Shown here one piece after another: positions 45,434 to 55,084 of a stretch of DNA of 64,000 nt. The stretch is taken from positions 14,566-78,565 of IMG/VR virus record IMGVR_UViG_3300009502_000034; one strand, written 5' to 3'. Position 1 is the first letter of the stretch; each line of letters opens with the position of its first letter. Position numbers and translations under genes: made by a program. The stretch is from a virus. Under the pieces are notes generated by a model. The model was not told where the DNA came from. It saw only the letters and a list, made by a program, of their open reading frames with translations, and did not search any database.

Positions 45434-46087
45434 ATGGCCAATGATCCGGTAGGAATTCCCGCAACATCTGGTAGGTTAGGTTATTCAGTCACTATTTATG
45501 CGATGCCACAACCCGATTATGTCAATGCAATGATCGGCGCATTTACTGGTGCGGGCGGGCCTGCCATTGCGGCAACAGCGGCCTTAACTGTCGCATCGAT
45601 GGCCCAAATTAAAGATGGAATAGTTAATCTTAAACTCGGCGCAGCAAGAAAGTTTTCTAGAGATCAGACCATGACAACCTATAGGAGATATTCTATAGGT
45701 AAAAATTCCCAACAGCCGTTCCAAATAGTACCGCAAGTCATAACCACAAAGTTAACATTAGAAAGGGTTGTGCTTTATAAAAAGGACATGTTGTATAGGG
45801 TTTTTGGGTTTAATGGGGAAACTCTAGGACAGCAGCAAATTCCGATGATGTTGGTCGAGTATAAAGATTCTCCAAATGGGAATTTGGATGAAACAGCCTT
45901 GATTACCTATTTAGATTGCTGGTGCGTTACAAATCCAGTAGCATATGATGCAGGGGCGGAAGACCAACTAATTGTCCAAAACATAGACGTGGAATGCGGA
46001 AGGGTAATAGTGAGCGACCTTTCATTAAGTGGAGCAGTAGACACATTTAATACAATAACCAATTTAGCTAATAACATCAAACTATAG
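45434..46087 (+). CDS. second tail tube-like protein
   Basis: paralogous LTLERVVLY...YLDCW motif. Confidence 0.65.
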   Translation: MANDPVGIPATSGRLGYSVTIYAMPQPDYVNAMIGAFTGAGGPAIAATAALTVASMAQIKDGIVNLKLGAARKFSRDQTMTTYRRYSIGKNSQQPFQIVPQVITTKLTLERVVLYKKDMLYRVFGFNGETLGQQQIPMMLVEYKDSPNGNLDETALITYLDCWCVTNPVAYDAGAEDQLIVQNIDVECGRVIVSDLSLSGAVDTFNTITNLANNIKL

Positions 46088-46110
46088 AACCCGACTTTTA
46101 AGGAGGTCAC

Positions 46111-46641
46111 ATGAAAGAAATAGACGAGAAGACGTTTGCAGCAGGAACAGTTGCCACAGCGCAGCCCACACCGACAGCCCCAACAGCAGCACCTAGTATA
46201 CCAACAGCGGTCCCAGCTCCGGAGGCAGAAACAAGTGTTCTTTCTCCAGACATTAAAATCAAAAGTGACAGTGGAACATTTATAGTTAACATAGAACAAT
46301 TTGTAAAGTTTGGGTCAGTTTCTAAAAACTTTAAGGTTGGGCCAATGACTGTGGTAATGCGTTCTCTTCCTTCTGATCAAAAAGACATGGCACTTAGTTT
46401 GATAACCACAAGCCCAGAAGAGACCGTTGTCGCATATTTGAGAAAAATAAGATACCCTCTTTTGGCGTATGCAATATCTAAAATAGACGCTTTGGAATTC
46501 ACTGACGCACATAGACAGGCTTTATTTGAATATTTAAAAACAGCACAAGGGGCTTTAATAGACAGGCTTTGGGCTGAGTACGAAAAAATAGATACCGAAC
46601 AAAATGAATTTATGTTGAATGAAGACTTAAAAAAAAACTAA
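46111..46641 (+). CDS. tail assembly chaperone (G-like); -1 frameshift product extends to 46886
   Basis: between tube and tape measure; ends at a slippery A9C run. Confidence 0.7.
   Translation: MKEIDEKTFAAGTVATAQPTPTAPTAAPSIPTAVPAPEAETSVLSPDIKIKSDSGTFIVNIEQFVKFGSVSKNFKVGPMTVVMRSLPSDQKDMALSLITTSPEETVVAYLRKIRYPLLAYAISKIDALEFTDAHRQALFEYLKTAQGALIDRLWAEYEKIDTEQNEFMLNEDLKKN
46629..46638 (+). other. programmed -1 ribosomal frameshift site
   Basis: TTA AAA AAA AAC TAA; the -1 frame is open into ORF 46692..46886 (LIEHPVSQFYWAILKHANVLPS...). Confidence 0.75.
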
Positions 46642-46885
46642 TTGAACATCCAGTAAGCCAGTTTTATTGGGCTATTCTTAAGCACGCTAATGTGCTTCCC
46701 TCAAATCCAGACTTTCGTAAACTGGAGCCCGCACAAGCTTATTGGTATTACTATAATATAGCAAATGATTCAGAAATGAGAGAAAAAGCAATCAATGGTT
46801 CAGGCAAGAGTACTCTATTAGATTCTAATTCATCAACGAGTGAGTTTATCAAAGCAGTTAAACAAACAATGGGAGATAAACAATA

Positions 46886-48868
46886 GTGGTTGATCAAGTA
46901 AATCCATATGCCTCAAAAACCGTAGCTAAAGATTCTCCTCAAAAAGAAGTAACAACTCGCAACGCACCATCATTTGTGCAATCACTAAACTCGTCCAAAA
47001 TTTCCAGTGATGCGGCAGCCATGGCAAAAGTTGCTGATGTGTTATCAAGGCTTTCAACAGAAAGCGGTAAACTGTCAAACGTCATGGGGAAGCTAACCAA
47101 TTATGACTTAATTCATCTTGGCGAAGGCATTGACAATGTAGGAAATTCTGTATCCGATTTTGAAAAGTTAAGCGCAGCATCCAGAGCAGCTATGTTGAAT
47201 GGCCTTCAGAAGGCCTCCGGCATAGAGTCTAAAAACATATTAGACCACTTAGTAAAAATTAAGAAGTTGGTGGATACACAATCTGCTCTTAACGTCGCAT
47301 ATGATAAGCTAGGATTTAAGCAAAATTTTGAGATATCTAGGATGGAAGAAGAAATAAAATTAATAGACAAGATAAAGGATGACGCTACAGCAGAAGAACG
47401 GATACTACTGAGAATAGCAAAATCTAAATTAAAATCAGCAAAGGATGAGGAAGAAGCTCGTAAAAAGGCTGCCAAAAGATTGGGTCTGTTGGGTTTAGGA
47501 AGTTTTGATTATGGTAAGAATTTGTTAACAAAAGGCGGTGAATCAGTAAAGGGTGCTATGGGCGGTCTCGGAGAGGCGCTCGGCCCTGCAATAGGGCATC
47601 TTGTTGAATCTGCTGGAAAATTCTCCGAGCTTGCCGGGTATATTGGTATTTTTGCACTCCTTGTTAAAGAAACTTTTAAATCTATAGCCATGTCATCTAA
47701 GGCGTCTGCGGCGATGTTTAAGTTCAATGGTGCGCTTGGAGATACATGGCATAATGCAACTCAATATAACACACTAACATTTGGTTTAGTGGCATCTGGT
47801 ATGAGTATGGAAGAGGCTGAAAAAAGATTGTCAATGGCAACCAAGAGTTATATACAATTAACTGGGCAGTTGCACATGTCGGCGCCGGAAGCAGTTGATG
47901 CTACAGAGAATGCTTTGGAAAAACTAAGTTACCAAGCCACCGCTTTTGGTGAAGACGCCAATCAATATACAGCGTTCGCTATAGAAAACTCCAGACAATT
48001 GGGTGTCACCTTATCTCGTATGTCAGAAAAATATGGGACAGCCATTACCATGCTTAACAACATGGGAATTCAGGTCGGTACCAGTATGGAAGTTATGAAG
48101 CAGCTTGGCGAAGAGTTTGAATACACAAGTGTCGGTTTTGACGAATTAACAGAGGGGACTATTCAGTGGGGCAAAGCGCTTAAGGATTTTTCTAAAGATT
48201 TGAACACCCCAATTGGCCAAAAAATGAGAGGTCTTCTCCCGCAACTTTTAGGAGCCGGTATGCAGGCGTTTTCTAAAATTTCTGCGGAAGAGTACCTTGC
48301 ATATAGAAACACGCCTGTAGCCAACATAGGTACAGAATGGACTGAGGCTGTCAACGCCGGCCCCATAGCCAAAGTGTCAGCGTTTTTGGCTAGGATGTCC
48401 CCAGAAATTAATAAGTATGGCAAAACAGAGGCTGAGGGGCGCTTAGGTATGTATATGACCACACTTCTGAAGCTTCCTCCAGCGATGGCAACGATGCTGG
48501 CCCCACTGTTAAGGGAGGCTACAAGTACACCAGAAAAGAGGGCTAAATTTTTAAAGATGAATGATGATGAGCGTAAAAGGTATTTGCAGGCATCTGCAGG
48601 TGATGATGCACAAAGACAAGCCTTAGAGGGAATGGGAAGTGCAATGCAGAAGTTTAATGACCCAATGCAATATATCATTCAACTCCTAGAAGGTGGTTTC
48701 CAAGCATTAGAGGTATTCTTTGGCGCTGCGCTTAGATTTATCGGCCAGGGTCAGCTTGTTTCTAAGATGGAGGCAGGTCTTAAACATGGGGAAACTAGCA
48801 CAAAGAATAACGTTTACACGCAGTCAGGTTTACAAAAAATAGCAGGGCATAGTACCAGTAAAATATAA
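46886..48868 (+). CDS. tape measure protein
   Basis: long helical A/G/K-rich ORF directly after the chaperone. Confidence 0.75.
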   Translation: MVDQVNPYASKTVAKDSPQKEVTTRNAPSFVQSLNSSKISSDAAAMAKVADVLSRLSTESGKLSNVMGKLTNYDLIHLGEGIDNVGNSVSDFEKLSAASRAAMLNGLQKASGIESKNILDHLVKIKKLVDTQSALNVAYDKLGFKQNFEISRMEEEIKLIDKIKDDATAEERILLRIAKSKLKSAKDEEEARKKAAKRLGLLGLGSFDYGKNLLTKGGESVKGAMGGLGEALGPAIGHLVESAGKFSELAGYIGIFALLVKETFKSIAMSSKASAAMFKFNGALGDTWHNATQYNTLTFGLVASGMSMEEAEKRLSMATKSYIQLTGQLHMSAPEAVDATENALEKLSYQATAFGEDANQYTAFAIENSRQLGVTLSRMSEKYGTAITMLNNMGIQVGTSMEVMKQLGEEFEYTSVGFDELTEGTIQWGKALKDFSKDLNTPIGQKMRGLLPQLLGAGMQAFSKISAEEYLAYRNTPVANIGTEWTEAVNAGPIAKVSAFLARMSPEINKYGKTEAEGRLGMYMTTLLKLPPAMATMLAPLLREATSTPEKRAKFLKMNDDERKRYLQASAGDDAQRQALEGMGSAMQKFNDPMQYIIQLLEGGFQALEVFFGAALRFIGQGQLVSKMEAGLKHGETSTKNNVYTQSGLQKIAGHSTSKI

Positions 48869-48880
48869 GGAGTATTTTAA

Positions 48881-49678
48881 ATGGGTCTGTATACACTGAG
48901 AGATAGAACAGTTAGACTTTACACATATCAAGAGGTACAGAACAATGGGCAAAAGGAATCTGATGCCGCTTCTGCCAACAGGTCTCTTTTATTCCACGCA
49001 ATTAAGAATTTTTTTCCAGCCCTATCAACAGCTAATTCGTTGGCTTCCGATGCTCCTGCCGGGGCCATTTTGTTTAAGGAAGTCAGCAGTATAAGCTTTG
49101 ATTTTACAATAGGCGTAGGTGTAGACAAGGGTATTTCTAGGTCATTCTTGCAACCATGGTATATGGAACCGGCAAAGATATCGTTGAGTGGCGCAAGTTA
49201 TATAGGTGCGTTTGAAGATATTTCTAATCCAGATACCGATGTAGAAGATACGTATAATTTAATTTTGCAACACTTTGCCGAGATAAAGGGACACAAGAAA
49301 AAGATGACGATGGATATAGCCAATAATCCAAAATATGCGACCAAGTTTAATGGTTATATTACGGCTTTTAATTTTGCAGAGAGCAAGGACAATCCGTACA
49401 TTTTGAAATATAGTATTACGTTTACTGGTAAGCCGGATATTAATGATGCATTTTTTAACGGTTCTAATGCAGCAAAACAAGATATACTGCAAATCACTGC
49501 TACCGACCATATGTGGAATGACCAGGCGGCTGATTCTAAGGATGCTATTTTACTCGGCAATTCTTTACAACCAGTTCAGGGGACCGGAGTGCCGCCAATG
49601 CCAAAAATCGCACCACCAGTAGGTACAGAGTGGGCGTTTAATGCTGCTGGATCAACGTGGTATGCGAAGCGTAAATGA
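48881..49678 (+). CDS. baseplate/tube-initiator protein
   Basis: FNGYITAFNFAESKDNPYILKYSITF motif; position. Confidence 0.6.
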   Translation: MGLYTLRDRTVRLYTYQEVQNNGQKESDAASANRSLLFHAIKNFFPALSTANSLASDAPAGAILFKEVSSISFDFTIGVGVDKGISRSFLQPWYMEPAKISLSGASYIGAFEDISNPDTDVEDTYNLILQHFAEIKGHKKKMTMDIANNPKYATKFNGYITAFNFAESKDNPYILKYSITFTGKPDINDAFFNGSNAAKQDILQITATDHMWNDQAADSKDAILLGNSLQPVQGTGVPPMPKIAPPVGTEWAFNAAGSTWYAKRK

Positions 49679-50865
49679 TAAATAATGATATGAACGACAT
49701 AAGGTACAAAGTTTTTTTACACCAATTAGACACCACGTCTGATTCTGCTGTTAATAACGTGTTTTATAATAATATGATTAAATACACAGATGTCGTCGAT
49801 GCCAATGATATAGACAGCGATTTGCATTGGTTTAAATTAAGAGACAACCATGATAAATTTAAAAACGATTGGAAGTTAAACACAAGAAAGTTAAAAGCGG
49901 ACTTGATGTCCTTGCTTTCCAACAATTCGTTAAACAAGCTGCAAACGATAGAAATCACAGATAATGTTAAAGCTATTACCGGGTACCGTGTTAACATAGA
50001 TGATATTTCTAACTCTTTAGGTCTTACCTTAGGAATGGGAGATTCGGATCTTGTATCTTGGGACCCAAACGGTAATGCTTTGTCCATAAGAGACGTAATA
50101 CAGGAAAATCAGATAGTAGAATTGCGTGTAAGTAGAGACGCAGAAGATACAGACAGTGCCGGTAATAGACATTATTATACAGAATATTTAGGGTTTATAG
50201 GCACTATACAATTCAGCTCGTCCTTTGGACAGGTTAATAATATAACAGTTTCAGTGTTCGGACTTAATAAGTTGCTAGGATTATCCAGTGCCATGAACAA
50301 CCAGGCTATTTATTCTCAGTTTGAAGAGGGGATAGAAATGACATCTCCAGGAGTTCCTGTTTATCAAAACAACTGGAATCAGTTAGATACGTTTAATATA
50401 TTTCAAGAAGTAATGGCGGATGTGTTGTCAATCAAACCCTATCATTTAGATAAAGTTGCACAAGATAATCAAAATGAACTATTAAAACAAGAAACATTGC
50501 AGGATCAACTCAACGCCACATTGCAGATATTGCAAAACGAGTTAATAGCAATGACTGGTCAGCTGCCAGCAGATGATCAGAAAAGGCGCTTAAAAGAGCA
50601 GGCAATATCTGGTTTGCAAGATCAAATATTAAGGCAGAATGATGTTGTCAGTAATCTTAAACAAAAATCAAAAGATTATTTTAGCAATAATAGAGCCAAG
50701 ACAGCGTACGTATATTTTAGCACAGATGCACAAATGTTTTTGCGTAATTTTAGAACATCTTTCTTAACCATATGGTCTTATTTTCTCGTGAGATTTAAAT
50801 CATTGATTGGGCAAGACTTCGAGAACAAGAATTATCCGGATAGTAAAACATTGGCCGTTGTTTAG
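49675..50865 (+). CDS. baseplate hub protein, N-terminal part (ends at in-frame TAG)
   Basis: position; same frame as 50914..53301 with a single intervening TAG. Confidence 0.55.
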   Translation: MINNDMNDIRYKVFLHQLDTTSDSAVNNVFYNNMIKYTDVVDANDIDSDLHWFKLRDNHDKFKNDWKLNTRKLKADLMSLLSNNSLNKLQTIEITDNVKAITGYRVNIDDISNSLGLTLGMGDSDLVSWDPNGNALSIRDVIQENQIVELRVSRDAEDTDSAGNRHYYTEYLGFIGTIQFSSSFGQVNNITVSVFGLNKLLGLSSAMNNQAIYSQFEEGIEMTSPGVPVYQNNWNQLDTFNIFQEVMADVLSIKPYHLDKVAQDNQNELLKQETLQDQLNATLQILQNELIAMTGQLPADDQKRRLKEQAISGLQDQILRQNDVVSNLKQKSKDYFSNNRAKTAYVYFSTDAQMFLRNFRTSFLTIWSYFLVRFKSLIGQDFENKNYPDSKTLAVV

Positions 50866-50913
50866 CATGGAGAGCACCGCACGTTCCTGGAACAGATAAC
50901 CAAGAACTTTACA

Positions 50914-53301
50914 TTGTTCTGGAGCGAGATGACAATGCCTATAGAGTTGCTCCAGTCTATTAAATCAGGATCGCTATATGATGTGTTCGAGGCTAAGAGT
51001 GGGCAAATGATCTGCCGCCCACCAAGATACAATGAATTATATGTCGGATATGATGGGGCAAGGTTTAATTTTCCAAATGTCCCTGGCGACGCTCCAATGC
51101 ATAATACTGAAGATGATGGAGATTTTATTATTACCAAAGATGAAATGTTGAGTGAAGAGTTCATTAAAGATGACACCACGCTTATTTCTAGATGTGATAC
51201 TAAAAACATGTTCCCCCTTATTGGGGAAATACCTATATATGCTGATAACTTTACTGATGCGAATACCTTGTTTAAGTATGGATTAAGGGTTAACCCGCCA
51301 CAAAGTAATCCCAATGTTGGAAATTCATACGTGGCGTCGTTGTTTAGTGCCCTGTATGTATATAAGCAGAACGCACATACACGATTAATCAATGTTGCTG
51401 TGCCAAACACACGCAAGTTTCACGTCGGTAATCTGTACTTATTACAATTTAATGATGATCCGATAGAAGAATATGTGGGCTATCTTACAGAGTCCGAGAT
51501 CATTTTTGAATACGATGGTATTTCCAAAACAGTTCTTAAATTTAATTATGTTAGGAAGGTGGAAAGGCATATACCGGACTGGTTTTTAGGCAGTGACAGT
51601 GATAATAGGCTTGAGATGTTCTATTTTATATATAGGCGTAACTTGTCTGAGTGGTGTGAAAAACATAATGAAGATGATTTCAACCTCTATCAATCAGAGC
51701 AACAAAAAAGTGTGCGCATTGGGGTTGCCAAACAGTTTTTACGGTCCATCCCCGCCGGAACTTGTGTGTATTGTTTTAAAATAATACCAACAATCTTGGA
51801 TGTTATGCTACAAATAGAGGCAAAACCATCTAGCGCTGAGGGTGATGGGCCAAATAAAACTAATGTTCAAAAAAGTAGGCTCATGGAAAACATATCTAAC
51901 CCAGCTAAAAAACAGAATGGATTCTATTGGTACGTGTCAAAAGAAGATACAATAGCATATATGAAGTTTACAGATTTAACAAATCAATCTAATATGAAAC
52001 TCGAGTTGTTACCTTTCGGTCAGATACAAAATTATTATTGCAGCGGTGATACGGCTCCAATTCACTTAGATGTTGGAACCGGAGTCATGTTTCAAACTGG
52101 TATACCAGAAAATGCCTTCGACTCTATGTCCACCGGGGCATACAGTTTCATAGACCAAGCGATGATCAACAGGTTGATAGAAATAGATTTAAGTTTTAAG
52201 GTTTATAATAATTCTTTGATTAAGCCAATATGGGGAATATTTACTGAGCCGCCTGACGAAGGACACGTATATAAGGCTACACCGCACATTATAGTGCCAG
52301 GGACCAATAGTGCATTGTCTGATATAGGAGCAATGTTTCAAAGATATGACATGTTTATATTTCAACATCATATTATAGGGGCGCCAGATTTTGTAAGCCA
52401 ATGGTTTAATATATATAAATCTCCAACGCTACCAAAATCAGCAGAATTTATTAACAACGACGATGTATTGTCTAGGTTCAGTTATTTTTTACCTAAAGGA
52501 GTTTTAATATATACCAATGGAATAAATATTTACTCATTAAGCGTGGATGGTGGAGAATATGTAATTGGTGTTCATAAGGATAAAAACTACGCATCAACGG
52601 CGATATCTATAGATATTTGGAAAAACTCAAATGATGGATTATCACCAATAAAATTTGTGGAACAAGATAAGATAGCAAAATCTAATTGGACCCAGGTTTT
52701 TGCTACGGTATTTTTGGCAACTAAGGCAGATAACGGCTATGACCCAGGACAGAAAAAAGTAATATTTAATACACCCGTGAATATCGCCCTAGATTCTTCC
52801 CTGTGCCCTTTTAGAAAAAGCATGTTATGTTTTATGCCCATAGAGTTAGGCGATGAGGTGATGACGACCGGGAATAACCTATTATTTGACATAGAAAGGA
52901 TATGCTCCGGAGGCGTTATACAGGGATTTAGGGCACCAACAGATTCAGAAAAAACTGCCATAGAAAGCGCTAAACAAAATCCAAGTATTAAAAATGTGTC
53001 TTCTAGCTTTGACAAACACACAGTTGGTAAGGCGGTAGATTTTACACTAACGAACATGAGGATGGATGGTGGAGGTAGGTTACATATTAATGGTGTGAGC
53101 AATGACCCAACCATTGGGCATTCTTATCCATATTCATCAAACTCATTGTTATTTATGAATTTCATTAATAGGCTACTGTCAGAAATGCAAAAACAGTATA
53201 AATCACATAGCTCTTACAACATTACATATCTTCCTCCAATTATAGATGTTGGACATGAGTGGATGAGCAAAGACATATGTATGCACTTTGAGGTTAACTA
53301 A
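50914..53301 (+). CDS. baseplate hub protein, C-terminal part, with M15-like peptidase domain
   Basis: ICRPPRYN and KYGLR hub-like motifs; C-terminal QGFR...KHTVGKAVD...HFE. Confidence 0.6.
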   Translation: MFWSEMTMPIELLQSIKSGSLYDVFEAKSGQMICRPPRYNELYVGYDGARFNFPNVPGDAPMHNTEDDGDFIITKDEMLSEEFIKDDTTLISRCDTKNMFPLIGEIPIYADNFTDANTLFKYGLRVNPPQSNPNVGNSYVASLFSALYVYKQNAHTRLINVAVPNTRKFHVGNLYLLQFNDDPIEEYVGYLTESEIIFEYDGISKTVLKFNYVRKVERHIPDWFLGSDSDNRLEMFYFIYRRNLSEWCEKHNEDDFNLYQSEQQKSVRIGVAKQFLRSIPAGTCVYCFKIIPTILDVMLQIEAKPSSAEGDGPNKTNVQKSRLMENISNPAKKQNGFYWYVSKEDTIAYMKFTDLTNQSNMKLELLPFGQIQNYYCSGDTAPIHLDVGTGVMFQTGIPENAFDSMSTGAYSFIDQAMINRLIEIDLSFKVYNNSLIKPIWGIFTEPPDEGHVYKATPHIIVPGTNSALSDIGAMFQRYDMFIFQHHIIGAPDFVSQWFNIYKSPTLPKSAEFINNDDVLSRFSYFLPKGVLIYTNGINIYSLSVDGGEYVIGVHKDKNYASTAISIDIWKNSNDGLSPIKFVEQDKIAKSNWTQVFATVFLATKADNGYDPGQKKVIFNTPVNIALDSSLCPFRKSMLCFMPIELGDEVMTTGNNLLFDIERICSGGVIQGFRAPTDSEKTAIESAKQNPSIKNVSSSFDKHTVGKAVDFTLTNMRMDGGGRLHINGVSNDPTIGHSYPYSSNSLLFMNFINRLLSEMQKQYKSHSSYNITYLPPIIDVGHEWMSKDICMHFEVN

Positions 53302-54098
53302 TGAATTTAAATCTTGCGCTTGGAACAATAGTAACAGTAAGTCCAAACACCAATGAGGTTGGAATAAGGCCATTTGATTCTGGAGGCACCATCCCAGCCA
53401 AACTAGATAGTTCTATTTCATTGCAGGAGATGCCGCAAAAAGGCGCCATGGTTTTATATATTATGTACTCTATGCAACTTGTCAAGATAGTTAAAATATG
53501 GAATATGGATAAATCTAAGTTGCGTGGTGAGTTGATGGCCGACGGCAACACCAGACTACCAGGACTGGCTTTGGGAGACGTGCAATATCAGTCCCCAATA
53601 GGTGGTGGGTATGTCAATCTTGGTGCAAGCGGGGATGTATCACTTGTAGAGGGAACAGGCAGAGGATTTTTTAAACTGCTTAAAACGGCTTTTAAGGCTT
53701 GGCTCCAGGCATCTGAGATATTAGTCAGAAGCACGAGCGGGGTGTTCACTCTCCATAGGCAAGACGGCGGGTATGAAATCACTAAAACATTACCAAATAA
53801 GGATACGGCTATATTGTTAAGAATAAACATTTCTAATGACGGTTCTGTGAGTTTAACACAAAATACGCCAGCGCAACAACCGTTGGCGCTAGTTAACATA
53901 GATGCGGCGGGGAACATTAGCATTAATAGTGTAAAAGGCGGGAGTGTTAATATAAACAACGGGACTGATTTTGCAGCAAGAGTTGGCGATGACATACAAT
54001 TAAATATACCAGCCTTGCCGGTCGTCGGTACTAACACAACCCCTATGTCTTTGACGGGAAAGATAATTACGGGTAGTAAGGGGGTTAAAATAGGATAA
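53301..54098 (+). CDS. baseplate spike (gpV/gp45-like)
   Basis: OB-fold-like N-term, beta-repeat C-term, AARVGD...GKIITGS. Confidence 0.65.
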   Translation: MNLNLALGTIVTVSPNTNEVGIRPFDSGGTIPAKLDSSISLQEMPQKGAMVLYIMYSMQLVKIVKIWNMDKSKLRGELMADGNTRLPGLALGDVQYQSPIGGGYVNLGASGDVSLVEGTGRGFFKLLKTAFKAWLQASEILVRSTSGVFTLHRQDGGYEITKTLPNKDTAILLRINISNDGSVSLTQNTPAQQPLALVNIDAAGNISINSVKGGSVNINNGTDFAARVGDDIQLNIPALPVVGTNTTPMSLTGKIITGSKGVKIG

Positions 54099-54643
54099 TG
54101 CCAAATTTATTTTCTGCCAATGATTATGCTAGAATGATTGATAACCCAACTTATGTACAAAACGAGATGTCCCCATCTCCGGAACAATTGGATAGTATAT
54201 TAAAATTGCCAAGCAAAGATGTTTTGGATACTTTAAACCCAAATCAGAAATCACTCTTGTCAACGGCCCTGACAGCAGTAAAGGGATTCTTGATTCAGAA
54301 ACAGTCAGAACAAATGATATTGTCGGCTAGCCTTGCCATAGCCCAGGCTGAATTAGCTGCTCAGATAGCGCCAAATGTTAATGTGTTTGATCAAATGAAT
54401 CAAATTAATAAAATATTACCGGCTGATACTATTATAAAAGATGCGTCAGCTGGCGGGCTGAAGGAGACAGTGGAGGCAGTGACGACAGAGGTAACAACAG
54501 CACAGAACAGCTCCAGTGGCAGCGAAGAAAAATACAGAGCAGCATTATTGGGCGGTCAAATTCAAGATGCTAAGCAGCAGAGTGCATATTACACCGATTT
54601 AACCGCCAAAATAGATTCGTTATTGATACAGTTAAGCGCTTAG
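54098..54643 (+). CDS. hypothetical baseplate-region protein
   Basis: TAATG coupling. Confidence 0.45.
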   Translation: MPNLFSANDYARMIDNPTYVQNEMSPSPEQLDSILKLPSKDVLDTLNPNQKSLLSTALTAVKGFLIQKQSEQMILSASLAIAQAELAAQIAPNVNVFDQMNQINKILPADTIIKDASAGGLKETVEAVTTEVTTAQNSSSGSEEKYRAALLGGQIQDAKQQSAYYTDLTAKIDSLLIQLSA

Positions 54644-54651
54644 GAGATTGC

Positions 54652-55080
54652 ATGAAAGACTTTAAATTTTTAGGCAGTAATGACACAAAAACATATGGAA
54701 ACTTTAATGATATATCCTATGATAGTAATGGGGAGGTTGCGCTGGTTGAATCTACGGCAAAACTTAGACAGGACATGGCTAAAATATTACTGACCGATAT
54801 AGGTGAGCACAAGGTGTTTCAGGGGTATGGCAGTGACCTACAATCGTTGATTAATGCAAATGTTAAAAGTGATACCATTAAAAAACAAATAGTCAACTCA
54901 ATCACATATGCATTTTCTTACTTAAATCAGATAAATCAGTCAGCTGATTTAAATGAAAAAATAGACACTATTAACAGTATTGATGTTAGGTATGCAGCAA
55001 ATGATCCAAGGGCAATTTACATTAGGATTCAGGCTACCTCTGGAACTAATGAAACAATAACATTAACCTTCGGAGGGTAA
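54652..55080 (+). CDS. baseplate wedge protein gp25/GPW-like
   Basis: KLRQDMAKILLTDIG...YGSDL...DPRAIYIRI. Confidence 0.8.
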   Translation: MKDFKFLGSNDTKTYGNFNDISYDSNGEVALVESTAKLRQDMAKILLTDIGEHKVFQGYGSDLQSLINANVKSDTIKKQIVNSITYAFSYLNQINQSADLNEKIDTINSIDVRYAANDPRAIYIRIQATSGTNETITLTFGG

Positions 55081-55084
55081 TAGT

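Noticed and set aside
50863-50865. Genome-wide TAG reassignment (code 15)
   Set aside because: Many genes end cleanly at TAG followed by the next RBS or start (e.g. 758, 4112, 9180, 11106, 54643), and long genes are otherwise uninterrupted.
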